Positions 32,383 through 41,919 of a stretch of DNA of 64,000 nucleotides are shown one piece after another. Source of the DNA: a virus. The stretch is taken from IMG/VR virus record IMGVR_UViG_3300044987_001050, positions 19,187-83,186 of that record; one strand, 5' to 3'. Positions within the stretch are counted from its first letter, which is position 1; every line of letters begins with the position of its first letter. The notes under the pieces are model-generated. The model saw only the letters and a program-made list of their open reading frames with translations, searched no databases and had not been told where the DNA came from. Both the position numbers and the translations under genes were made by a program.

Positions 32383-33210
32383 ATGATCACAACAAAAATC
32401 ATCGCTGACTCGATCTCAACATCAGGCAAACGCATCACGACGTTTGAACTTGAGTATCCTCGGTTCATTCATTCGGAGTTCATGACTCACCGAATGATCT
32501 CGAAGAACGCCGCATCATCGCGCGCAATTCCTATCGAGACCATGATCAAGCAGGTCACGGAGAATCCAGCATGGCCTGTCTTCTGGGGCAAGAACCAAGC
32601 AGGCATGGCTGCAACAGAAGAGCTTACTGGAGCTGCTCTGTATAACGCCAAACAGATTTGGATTGAAGCTCGTGATTCAGCGATCTATAACGTAAAAGAA
32701 ATGGTCAAGCAGGGTCTGCACAAACAGATTGCTAACCGCATGCTCGAGCCGTGGGCGCACATCAAGGTTGTGGCTACTGCCACTGACTGGGATAACTTCT
32801 TCCATCTACGCCGACATCCTGCAGCTCAGCCTGAGATTCATGCGCTCGCGGATTCGATGTGGGACCTTTATTCAATCAACACGCCTGACTTGAAGTATGT
32901 TGACGAGTACCATCTTCCGTATGTGTCTGACGAAGACAAGAAGCGGTACACACTTGACGAGTGCATCAAATTGTCTGCATCGTTGTGCGCTCAGGTTTCA
33001 TACCGTAAGACTGATGAGTCACTTGAGAAAGCGCTGTTGATCTATGATCGTTTAGTCGCATCGACGCCAGTCCATGCTTCTCCGTTCGAGCATCAAGCTT
33101 CGCCATCATTGCTTTCGTCTGAGAGATCAGGGAACTTCAATGGTTGGGTTCAGTATCGGCAGTCTCTACCAAAGAATGTATGTAATGTCTACAACGGAAT
33201 AACTGAATGA
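32383..33210 (+). CDS. thyX: flavin-dependent thymidylate synthase-like protein
   Basis: EFMTHR..SKNAASSRAIP, HKQIANR.LEP, AQPEI, HASPFEHQA. Confidence 0.85.
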   Translation: MITTKIIADSISTSGKRITTFELEYPRFIHSEFMTHRMISKNAASSRAIPIETMIKQVTENPAWPVFWGKNQAGMAATEELTGAALYNAKQIWIEARDSAIYNVKEMVKQGLHKQIANRMLEPWAHIKVVATATDWDNFFHLRRHPAAQPEIHALADSMWDLYSINTPDLKYVDEYHLPYVSDEDKKRYTLDECIKLSASLCAQVSYRKTDESLEKALLIYDRLVASTPVHASPFEHQASPSLLSSERSGNFNGWVQYRQSLPKNVCNVYNGITE

Positions 33211-33465
33211 AAACATTTAGAGAATTCGTAAATACGCCGTTGCCTAACAAGATAGTTGTGCCGAAGGAGCCTGACACTACTTTTAGAGATGGCGGCTCGT
33301 TGGGTTACTATGTGAAGAACAAGGATGAATGCGGCTTTCAGTTAGTTGTGCAGGACTTCTCGATAGGAGCAAAGCGAAATAACACGGAAGGAACGTGGTA
33401 TGCGAGACAACCATCGCCTGATCACTTAGAAAAGCATCCGATTGATATGCAGCAGCTTCAGTTCG

Positions 33466-33473
33466 TATAAATA
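33466..33473 (+). promoter_or_regulatory. T4-type late promoter
   Basis: TATAAATA. Confidence 0.75.
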
Positions 33474-33500
33474 ACCGCAATAGCCACAACATCTAATCAT

Positions 33501-35048
33501 ATGCTAAGTTTCAAATCATTTCTAGAAGAAGGCTTTGCTCCGGCCTCGCTCGACAAAGTTGGTGACGTTATCACCAAGTATCTCAAAAGACAGACAGGAA
33601 TGAGAATGTTCCGTCTACACGGCGTTGAACAATTCGAGGGCGGCGGTAAGCATCGCGGTTACGGCATTCGTTGGATGTTTCCTCAGAAGAATCAATCACT
33701 TCGTCTTAACTGGAAGCAACCAACAGGCGTTGGCATTGCTGAGTTAAACTCAATCACGTATTGGAACGGTAAAGAATCTCGCCCATACGTTATTACGTTC
33801 AACAATCCTGTGTCTATTGTCAAGGCTCTTCCTATCGTAGCTGACATCCTCAAGACATCGACTGTTCCTAATGAGATCATCACGATGCCTGACGGCGTAC
33901 CGCTCAACGAATCTTTTATTGAAGGTTCGTCAGTCATATCAGAAGCTGGTGCGCCGGCGTCATTTGGCATGCCTGAAATTTTCGATGGTGTTCTCGATCT
34001 AATTCAAGAGCCTAACTTTACAAAGGGAAAGATTCACGGTCGTTACAAAGGTGCTGGCGTAAAAATCTTTGATGAACTTGAACGCCGGTATCCCGAGCTT
34101 ATTGCAAAACAAGGTACCGCTTACGCATGGTGGGGCAAGGCTCGCGACATCAGCGCGATGAAGAAGCAACGCGATGATGTTCTCAAGGCTATCGGTGCTG
34201 AAACTGCAACTGTTACACGTGGCAATGCTAAGGAAGATTACCCTGAGCAAGATGCTCAAGCTGATAAGCTCGAAGATCAGCGCGAACGCCTAACATACGA
34301 GCAGCAACAGAAGGACCTAGTCAATCTCGTCAAGTGGATGGTTTCTGGCGCAACAAATGCAATCTTCGTCGCAGGACGCGGTGGTGTCGGTAAGACGGTA
34401 CCTGTTATGCGCACGCTTGCTGGCATGGGATATGTTGACGGAAAGAACATGTTCGTCAACAAAGGCTCTATCTCAGCATCAGGTCTATACAGCCTTCTCT
34501 ACCGTTACCAAAATGAACTCGTTGTATTCGATGACTCGGATGCTGTGTTCGGTGACCAAGAAGGTCGTAACGTTCTCAAGGCAGCGACCGACACTCAGAA
34601 ATTCCGTAAGCTCGTTTGGAGTAAGCGTGGCGCGAGTGTCATGAACCCGGACGACTATACGAAAGACGAAATCCTTGATGCTGGTGCAGTCCCTCAATGG
34701 TTTGAGTTCACGGGTCGTATCGTTTTCATCTCGAACCTTAAGATGGATAAACTTGATCCTGACGGAGCTCTCCGCACGCGTGGTTATATGATCACGATTG
34801 ACCCGACCGATCAAGAGTTGTTCGACTTTATGAAGATCATTGCACCTGATACCGAACTTGAAGAAGGTCTTACACTCGATCTAAAATCTCGTTTGCACGT
34901 CGCGGATCTTATTGCTAAAACTACTTCGAAGGAGCCACCAAGTCTTCGAATGCTTGTCCGCGGTCTAAATACATACGCGTCTGCAATCAAATCAGGCAGC
35001 TCATTGACCGATGCTGAAATGGCCCGCATGATTTCTACCTACGCATAA
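33501..35048 (+). CDS. AAA+ ATPase with long N-terminal domain
   Basis: GRGGVGKT Walker A, VVFDDSD Walker B, FISN, ALRTR. Confidence 0.85.
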   Translation: MLSFKSFLEEGFAPASLDKVGDVITKYLKRQTGMRMFRLHGVEQFEGGGKHRGYGIRWMFPQKNQSLRLNWKQPTGVGIAELNSITYWNGKESRPYVITFNNPVSIVKALPIVADILKTSTVPNEIITMPDGVPLNESFIEGSSVISEAGAPASFGMPEIFDGVLDLIQEPNFTKGKIHGRYKGAGVKIFDELERRYPELIAKQGTAYAWWGKARDISAMKKQRDDVLKAIGAETATVTRGNAKEDYPEQDAQADKLEDQRERLTYEQQQKDLVNLVKWMVSGATNAIFVAGRGGVGKTVPVMRTLAGMGYVDGKNMFVNKGSISASGLYSLLYRYQNELVVFDDSDAVFGDQEGRNVLKAATDTQKFRKLVWSKRGASVMNPDDYTKDEILDAGAVPQWFEFTGRIVFISNLKMDKLDPDGALRTRGYMITIDPTDQELFDFMKIIAPDTELEEGLTLDLKSRLHVADLIAKTTSKEPPSLRMLVRGLNTYASAIKSGSSLTDAEMARMISTYA

Positions 35049-35075
35049 CCAACACCTCCCACACGCACCCCTACC

Positions 35076-35537
35076 GTGATTCGCGTCCGCGTTTATAGAT
35101 GTAAAGATTCTTTAACGCGGGCGCGTTTTCGTAAGGCTATCTTTTATTGCCTTGCTAAGCTGTTGCCTAACAAGAAACGGTTAGACCTTAAGATCACGTT
35201 CGTCGATGGCTTGAATGCAGAAGAAGGCATGGCTGGTTCATGTCAGGTTTGTGATTCGCCATCATCACATAAGCACTCAACCTTTGAGGTGTCGATTGAC
35301 TCCGCTCTTTCATTCGAGGATAAGCTGTCAATTCTTTCGCATGAATTGACTCATGTCAAGCAATACGCAAAAGGCGAACTATCATACAATTACAAGAATG
35401 CTGATCAAGCGATCTGGAAAGGTAAATATGTTATGGAGGATACGTATCCATATGAAAAACAACCATGGGAGATTGATGCAGCTAAAGGAGAACTTAAGTT
35501 GCTCGATGAACTCCTGAAAAACAAAATTTGTGACTGA
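35076..35537 (+). CDS. zincin metallopeptidase-like protein
   Basis: LSHELTHVKQY, QPWEIDA. Confidence 0.8.
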   Translation: MIRVRVYRCKDSLTRARFRKAIFYCLAKLLPNKKRLDLKITFVDGLNAEEGMAGSCQVCDSPSSHKHSTFEVSIDSALSFEDKLSILSHELTHVKQYAKGELSYNYKNADQAIWKGKYVMEDTYPYEKQPWEIDAAKGELKLLDELLKNKICD

Positions 35538-35539
35538 TC

Positions 35540-36574
35540 ATGGCTAACCTTGCACTAAAAGGAGCGGACGGAAAAATCTTTTGGGAAAAGTACGTTAAGA
35601 ACAATCCTCACTTCAAGACCAACGAGTTTGAGATTGAGGAAGGAAAGTCAACGCCTCTCTTCACTAAGGAAGGTAACACGCTTAAGGCAACGATCAAGGT
35701 TTACAAAGCAGGAACGAAACTAAACATCCTTGATTCAAAGCTGGTTATCTTTGGTGATAAGAAGCTTGCATCCGTTAAAATGTCGGGACGCAAAGGATTC
35801 GTGCCTATCACGCGGATCAAGAATCCCACAGAAGGCAACGGCACTCAGTACGAGGCAGACGTTGTCGAACTCATCAATTCAACGATCGAGAGGGTCGGCC
35901 CAATCAGCATTAAGATCAAAGGTGATTCAAAGATCTATGACGACATATCCTATGCTGTCAAGGTAACGAAGCAACACAAGCAAGCCGCTGGAATTAAGTT
36001 CGATCCTAAGTGCGATATTATCTTGTGTAAGGATATCAAGAACCCCACCGCACGAGGATCAATTTACATCTCGCATAAGATGGAGGGGGGTGCGGAAGCA
36101 TTCCAACAATTTTGCGGACTATCGGAATCAGCGGCAGGCCCTCTCATTAACAGAAATCGTCTTGTTCAAAAATTCTTGTCGATCGTCGCCGAGAATCTTG
36201 AAGAGGCTGACCGTCTTGAGGCGCCGATCATCGCATCGTTCAACGATCCTAAGCTTGCGAACATGGGAATCTTCGGTCCTGAGTACGGCCAGGCATTTTC
36301 ACTAGCTAATGTGCAATGCATTGGCCAGGGAAAGGCCGTTCTAAAACTTGGCGGCAATAAGAAGTATTACGAACTGTCTTTTACAAACCACATCAGTTTG
36401 AACGGCGACATTCGATTATTCTCAGGTCCTTATGTTCCTGTCTTAGGTGCACGATATGGAGGTGACCGATCATTCATTTACAAAGGCATCACCTATAACA
36501 AGACACGTGTTGGCATTTGGACTTTCAAGAAAATTTTCTCAAATAACGAGAAAACTTTGTTCTACGAACTATAA
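35540..36574 (+). CDS. PD-(D/E)XK restriction-endonuclease-like protein
   Basis: QYE, PKCDII, YISHK, FQQFCG. Confidence 0.6.
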   Translation: MANLALKGADGKIFWEKYVKNNPHFKTNEFEIEEGKSTPLFTKEGNTLKATIKVYKAGTKLNILDSKLVIFGDKKLASVKMSGRKGFVPITRIKNPTEGNGTQYEADVVELINSTIERVGPISIKIKGDSKIYDDISYAVKVTKQHKQAAGIKFDPKCDIILCKDIKNPTARGSIYISHKMEGGAEAFQQFCGLSESAAGPLINRNRLVQKFLSIVAENLEEADRLEAPIIASFNDPKLANMGIFGPEYGQAFSLANVQCIGQGKAVLKLGGNKKYYELSFTNHISLNGDIRLFSGPYVPVLGARYGGDRSFIYKGITYNKTRVGIWTFKKIFSNNEKTLFYEL

Positions 36575-36582
36575 ATGGTTTT

Positions 36583-37881
36583 ATGAAATCGTCTTCTAAC
36601 CTCGCACCTCGCGAGCTTTATCGTTATGACTGGAGAGTTGAGATGTTCCTCTCCAAGTTTCGGAATCAGGTTCCGTTAACGCTGGTGAATGGCGATGAGT
36701 CAGTAACACTTGTGTTCGATGACAGGATCGAGACACTTATCATGAACCGTTCACGCGATCGGATCGTGCTGCAAGGAACTGACGGCAAGTCATACTCTCT
36801 TTCAAGCTTTGCCAAGACTGCTGAATTTGGCGGTGGGTCAGGTTCAGGCGGCGGTGTCGTCATGACCAAATTGACTGAGGCTGCACAGGCAGTCTATGCA
36901 CAGTCGCGAATGCTGCATCGGTATTCGATGGCGCCTGAATACGTTGCCGTGCCGGCAAACCTGTCCGTAGCTTATTCACTTGCTAAAGTCGACGAGACAC
37001 TTGACGCGATTCTCAATGATCTCCCATCAGATTGGAAACAATCATGCCTCATTGGTGCTAAGGCATTAAATGACAGTTTTAATGATCACTTCTATCAATT
37101 CCATCGTGGATCCGATTGGGTAAACTCTCTGGAAGCTCTCTTCAAGAAACTTAACGCAAAAGAGGAGATTTTCTCGAACCTCAACAAGTGGTCGCCCGCT
37201 GATATCTACATGATCTCTAATTTTGGGATGACGATTGACTTCTCGAGTGTTGAAAGCATCGCTGAATTGAACAAAGTGTTGGTTGACGCAATGGAATCTC
37301 GCGACATATTGGGCGTTTCACTCAAGTATTTGAACCGGGATCCCAAGATCACTTTTCACAATGTCGGTAAAGTCCAAAAAGAGTATCAGCTCGACCGAGT
37401 AAGCACTGGTTTGACTGGATTCTTTTCAAGCAAGGACGCTCTTATCTATTTCGGCGAGAAGGACAAGATTCAGTTTAGAACATTCCCTGAAACATTCCAA
37501 GGCGAGATCAAAGGCAGGAACGCAAATCATGGCAAGATCTCTTACGGGCCGCTTCAAACGATTCTGAGGTCATTGTCATTGCCACCTTTGTCGGATCAAA
37601 AGCAATTGCGGAAACGTATTGCCATGAATGATTCTGCTATGCTTGATGAGTTCTACTTCACGTATCGGACGAACGTCAAGAACGAGACGATTGTTTCTAT
37701 TGACACGTTTACCGAGACTTGTTTGGCAAAGGGACCTGCTTGGATGTTCTCTAAATTTCTTAGTTTACAATTGGTCAATAACATTGTAAAATTTGGCAAC
37801 GGAAACGAATTCATTACTGCTTGTATTCGGTATGCGTCTTCCTCAAGCGAGCTATCCGCTCCTTTTGTCAAACTTGAATAA
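36583..37881 (+). CDS. PD-(D/E)XK nuclease-like protein of T4-like phages
   Basis: KTAEFGGG, NKWSPADIY, GVSLK. Confidence 0.6.
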   Translation: MKSSSNLAPRELYRYDWRVEMFLSKFRNQVPLTLVNGDESVTLVFDDRIETLIMNRSRDRIVLQGTDGKSYSLSSFAKTAEFGGGSGSGGGVVMTKLTEAAQAVYAQSRMLHRYSMAPEYVAVPANLSVAYSLAKVDETLDAILNDLPSDWKQSCLIGAKALNDSFNDHFYQFHRGSDWVNSLEALFKKLNAKEEIFSNLNKWSPADIYMISNFGMTIDFSSVESIAELNKVLVDAMESRDILGVSLKYLNRDPKITFHNVGKVQKEYQLDRVSTGLTGFFSSKDALIYFGEKDKIQFRTFPETFQGEIKGRNANHGKISYGPLQTILRSLSLPPLSDQKQLRKRIAMNDSAMLDEFYFTYRTNVKNETIVSIDTFTETCLAKGPAWMFSKFLSLQLVNNIVKFGNGNEFITACIRYASSSSELSAPFVKLE

Positions 37882-38813
37882 TGAAACAGACACAGAAGGT
37901 TTATATCAATCATCTTGATCAGATGAAGCCACTTGCATTTCTATCTCTCATGAAAATGATTGAGACAGAGTTCGACTGCTTCTTAAGGCAATACGACCCA
38001 TTCGAGTCAAGCGTCAGAATAACCGAAAAGGTTGACGGATCTGCCCTACGCTTCGGGCTTAACAAACAAGGCGACTTATTTCTTGAGTCCGCCACTTCGC
38101 CTCCGATGTTTTCCGTTGGCGACTTCGAAGCACGTGATAAGTCGAAAGGTTATGACGGCTCAATCGGGAGAAACTTTGACTTCCTACTTCAGGCAATTAG
38201 CCGAGACACAAAATTGATGGAAGTCCTTCGTAAGTTTTCCAATGACGGGATCAAGATCATTGGTGAAATCATGTTCATGCCGATGGCGCGTGCCCAATCG
38301 GACACTATGGCCCGGTTCATTCGCATTCCGTATTTCAAAGTCGACTTAGGTTACTTGTGGACATTCGTTCCTATCATGGTTCTTGATGGAAAAGGCAACC
38401 GCAGCTCCGACGAGTTCGCGGTGTTCCATGATTTGGTTGGAATCTCTACGTCTGAACGTAAGTATGTTTTGCCTAACACGCACATACGAGAAATTGATTT
38501 GACTTCGGAGATCGAGAATATCAACCGTGATCTTTACGAGTTGAATGATGTGCGTAACTTTGGCTTAATTGAAATCTTGAGCTCACGCAAGAAGGCTGAT
38601 AAAGTAGCAAAGGCTGCTCTTAAGTGTGAAGTTCATAAACACCAAGTCATCATACGTGACAAGATACTATCATACATGGACCGAGGCTTGTTCGGTCCAT
38701 TTATTGAAGGACTCGTCATTGAATTCCCTGACCGAACTCTACTGAAAGTGATCACTGATAAATTCATCAAAGAAGGACTACAATATGGAAACGACGTTCT
38801 CAAAACTAGCTGA
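37881..38813 (+). CDS. ATP-dependent ligase-fold nucleotidyltransferase (RNA-ligase-like)
   Basis: TEKVDG (motif I), IGEIM (III), EGLVI (IV), LKV (V). Confidence 0.7.
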   Translation: MKQTQKVYINHLDQMKPLAFLSLMKMIETEFDCFLRQYDPFESSVRITEKVDGSALRFGLNKQGDLFLESATSPPMFSVGDFEARDKSKGYDGSIGRNFDFLLQAISRDTKLMEVLRKFSNDGIKIIGEIMFMPMARAQSDTMARFIRIPYFKVDLGYLWTFVPIMVLDGKGNRSSDEFAVFHDLVGISTSERKYVLPNTHIREIDLTSEIENINRDLYELNDVRNFGLIEILSSRKKADKVAKAALKCEVHKHQVIIRDKILSYMDRGLFGPFIEGLVIEFPDRTLLKVITDKFIKEGLQYGNDVLKTS

Positions 38814-39660
38814 TGCAGTAAAGCCTAACGGAGGCAATGCTGTCGAAGGCGTGACTCGAATCAATCAAGCGAACGTGTCTTGGACATACACGAACTTTCG
38901 CGAGATGCTCGGTGGGCCGCTATGCTTCAACTCAAGTAATACCGCTATCATCGGCTCAGCAGGTAAGAAGGCTTGGAATGAAACCTCGGGCGATATTGAC
39001 ATTGCGGTCGAAGTGTATAACAGAGACATGTTGAAGTTCAACATTTTTGATCTATACGTCGAGGAGCTAACGCGCCTAGGTTATGCATTCAAAGACATGA
39101 GACAAATCGGCATCATCTCTATTGCTTATCCGATCATGAATTACGATGATAAGCAAGAAGGACAACTTGTGCAGATCGACCTCATGGTGGTTGGCTCGCT
39201 TGATTATGCAATGTGGAGTTACTACTCACCACAACATTTGCATTCGGAATACAAAGGTCTTTACCGCAATGAACTGAACTTCTTCATTGCTAAGCATGCT
39301 GAACTGCGTCCGACTGTCGTTCAAGACGGTATCGTAACTGAGTGGGAACGGTACTGGTTCTCGACAAGCGAAGGGTTGCTTCACGGTAAGCAAACACTGT
39401 TATCCGCGAAGACTGGCAAGATCACGAAGACGCCGCGAGTGCATTACAAGCGGGTTGTCACGAATGATCCTGACGAGGTTGCTCGATTCCTTTATGGACC
39501 TGATGTTGACTCAGACGGGATCCTAACATTCGAGGACGCGTTGCGAGCAATGAATGGTCCGACGTTTCCTTACAAGGATCGAATCAATGACATCATTGCA
39601 GATACTATTAAGGGCATTGAGAAGAAGGGATATCCTGTCCCTGACCTGCTCCGTATTTGA
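38785..39660 (+). CDS. Pol-beta superfamily nucleotidyltransferase
   Basis: IGSAGKK, SGDIDIAV, VQIDLM, S.YKG..RN. Confidence 0.8.
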   Translation: METTFSKLADAVKPNGGNAVEGVTRINQANVSWTYTNFREMLGGPLCFNSSNTAIIGSAGKKAWNETSGDIDIAVEVYNRDMLKFNIFDLYVEELTRLGYAFKDMRQIGIISIAYPIMNYDDKQEGQLVQIDLMVVGSLDYAMWSYYSPQHLHSEYKGLYRNELNFFIAKHAELRPTVVQDGIVTEWERYWFSTSEGLLHGKQTLLSAKTGKITKTPRVHYKRVVTNDPDEVARFLYGPDVDSDGILTFEDALRAMNGPTFPYKDRINDIIADTIKGIEKKGYPVPDLLRI

Positions 39661-39672
39661 TAGCAAGGTATG

Positions 39673-39680
39673 TATAAATA
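39673..39680 (+). promoter_or_regulatory. late promoter
   Basis: TATAAATA, ATG 6 nt downstream. Confidence 0.75.
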
Positions 39681-39686
39681 CGGAAT

Positions 39687-40538
39687 ATGGACACCCGTGT
39701 TTACGATTTCCGCGACCTCATCAGCATTGACCCTGTGATGTGGGGACAAATTGACCCGATTGGGCTGATGACATATCACGCATATAAGCGCCGTCAGAAT
39801 TATTGTGAGGCTACTGATTATTGGGCTGCTCTTGAAAAGGGTTTAGCTGCAACTGACCTTGCAATTCTAAAGCATATCAAGGCTGTTGGGAAGGTGTCGA
39901 ATAGCGCTAAGAAGGCGCTGAGTCATATCCTCGACAAAGCGATTAAGTATGACGTAAGCAACAGCAGTGGGTCTTATGATGGTGCTCCGACTGCGATGGC
40001 TGTTAAGTTGTTCATGCGGTCGATGAATGAAGACGTTGATATGTTAGGCGAGGCCCTAACACCTCAACAACGCATGCATCGCAAAATGGTCATGCGTCGT
40101 ATTGCTCCTAAGCTTGCTCGTGCCCGTGCCATTGCAATGAAACGCCGAGGCGGTACCGATGTTCTTAAGCGTCGTGCTCGTGGCCTTGCTCGAACAATGA
40201 TGGCTCGCAAGTTGTTGGGCGGTCGTAATAAAGCAGATGTATCTGTCGGTGAACGCGCTCGTATCGAGAAAATCCTTGCCACACGTAAGAAGGGCATTGA
40301 GCGACTTGCGACTCGTTTAGTTCCTACTGTTCGTAAAAAGCAATCCGCTAGATTTGCGCATAAACAAGTTCGTCCTGGGACTGTTACAAAGCCTAAGCAT
40401 ACTCCTGCTACGAAACCTGCATCATCAGCTAAGCCGCATCCTTCTAATAAGCCTGCTAAGCATGTGCCTGCACCAGTACCGCCAAAACACATAGCAGCGC
40501 CGCCTCCAACAAAGAACCAATACGCGGATAAATTATAG
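39687..40538 (+). CDS. basic, Arg/Lys-rich putative virion core protein
   Basis: EALTPQQRMHRKMVMRR...; Pro/Lys-rich tail; late promoter. Confidence 0.55.
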   Translation: MDTRVYDFRDLISIDPVMWGQIDPIGLMTYHAYKRRQNYCEATDYWAALEKGLAATDLAILKHIKAVGKVSNSAKKALSHILDKAIKYDVSNSSGSYDGAPTAMAVKLFMRSMNEDVDMLGEALTPQQRMHRKMVMRRIAPKLARARAIAMKRRGGTDVLKRRARGLARTMMARKLLGGRNKADVSVGERARIEKILATRKKGIERLATRLVPTVRKKQSARFAHKQVRPGTVTKPKHTPATKPASSAKPHPSNKPAKHVPAPVPPKHIAAPPPTKNQYADKL

Positions 40539-40539
40539 T

Positions 40540-41367
40540 ATGCCCAAGTTGAAATCATTTAGGTCTTTCACGGAAGAACGCGTAAAATCAATCGTTCTTA
40601 CGTTCGGCCGCTTTCAGCCTCCTACCATAGGGCATGAAAAGGTGATTACCAAAATGGCATCACTTGCAAAAGGTAATGCCTACCGTGTCTATACATCCCA
40701 GACACAAGACGCAAAGAAAAATCCATTAACATATTCCGATAAGATCAAGTTCATGCGGAAGATGTTTCCTAAGCATGGCCGTAACATAATCGAGGATGAG
40801 TCAATTCGTGATATCTTCGGAGCATTAACCAAACTATTCAAGCAAGGATTCACGAAAGCGATTGTTGTCGTAGGGTCTGACCGAATCGACGAGTTCAACC
40901 GAATGTTGAATAAGTACAACGGCGTTGAGGCAAAGCATGGCTTCTATAATTTCAAAGATGGTTTGCAAATCATATCAAGCGGGGAACGTGATCCTGACTC
41001 CGATGATGTTGATGGTATGTCCGCATCAAAGATGAGGGCTGCTGCTGCAGATAACAACATCGAAACTTTCAACAAAGGTGTTCCTAAGGACTTCTCAGAA
41101 TCTCCTGCGTTGTTCAATGCTGTGAGGACTGGCATGGGCCTTAAGGAAGCATGGGTACACCGCCAACACATTCAACTCGATCCTGTCTCGGAACAGCGCG
41201 AAGAGTTTATCAAAGGGTCCTTATTTGAAGTAGGCGACCAAGTCAGAATCATTGAATCAAAGGTAGAGGGCGTGATTACTGAGTTGGGTCCTAACTTTGT
41301 CGTTGTGCAATCACCAGCAGGAACCCAACGTAAGTGGATTACATCAGTCGAGAAACTAAATAAATAA
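40540..41367 (+). CDS. HIGH-family cytidyltransferase/adenylyltransferase-like protein
   Basis: TFGRFQPPTIGHEK, KNPL, VVGSDR, MSASKMR. Confidence 0.88.
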   Translation: MPKLKSFRSFTEERVKSIVLTFGRFQPPTIGHEKVITKMASLAKGNAYRVYTSQTQDAKKNPLTYSDKIKFMRKMFPKHGRNIIEDESIRDIFGALTKLFKQGFTKAIVVVGSDRIDEFNRMLNKYNGVEAKHGFYNFKDGLQIISSGERDPDSDDVDGMSASKMRAAAADNNIETFNKGVPKDFSESPALFNAVRTGMGLKEAWVHRQHIQLDPVSEQREEFIKGSLFEVGDQVRIIESKVEGVITELGPNFVVVQSPAGTQRKWITSVEKLNK

Positions 41368-41373
41368 AGCAGT

Positions 41374-41919
41374 ATGGAAAATCTAAACGAAGTACTATCA
41401 CCATCCGATCCTGTCGAAACATGGATCACCGACTTCGTGAAGTCGACCAATCCAAAATTCGAAGGAAAGAGTAAGAAGGAAAGAATCAAGATGGCTCTTG
41501 GCGCGCATTACGCGGCACAAAACAAGAATGAGTCCGTTTCTGATCTTCGTGATAACCGCATCATTGAACTTACGGTTGGTGCACAACATCCAGGCGTTGT
41601 GCGTCACTTCATTGATTTGAATGAAGGCATCGCGTCGAAGTCAATGCTGACAATCAAGGACGCGTGGGAACAATTTGATTCAACCCTCGTTGAATCGGAA
41701 GGCATCACGCCTGGTTCGGAAGGCAAAGTCAAATGCATTGCTCGTCTCGGGGCATGCCGTGTCGGCGATACGTTCAAAGGTACGTGGAAGCAAGCAGCGT
41801 TCAAACATCAGTTGCGTCTCGACCTTGACGGACTACCAGGTGCTACACAGCACCCAACAATTTTCTTTGATAAGAACACCAAGAAACTAGACATCCCTAA
41901 GAGCTTCGAACTACTATGA
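41374..41919 (+). CDS. putative virion internal protein
   Basis: WITDFVKS.NPKFEGKSKKER.KMAL.A motif; TAAATA upstream. Confidence 0.55.
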   Translation: MENLNEVLSPSDPVETWITDFVKSTNPKFEGKSKKERIKMALGAHYAAQNKNESVSDLRDNRIIELTVGAQHPGVVRHFIDLNEGIASKSMLTIKDAWEQFDSTLVESEGITPGSEGKVKCIARLGACRVGDTFKGTWKQAAFKHQLRLDLDGLPGATQHPTIFFDKNTKKLDIPKSFELL

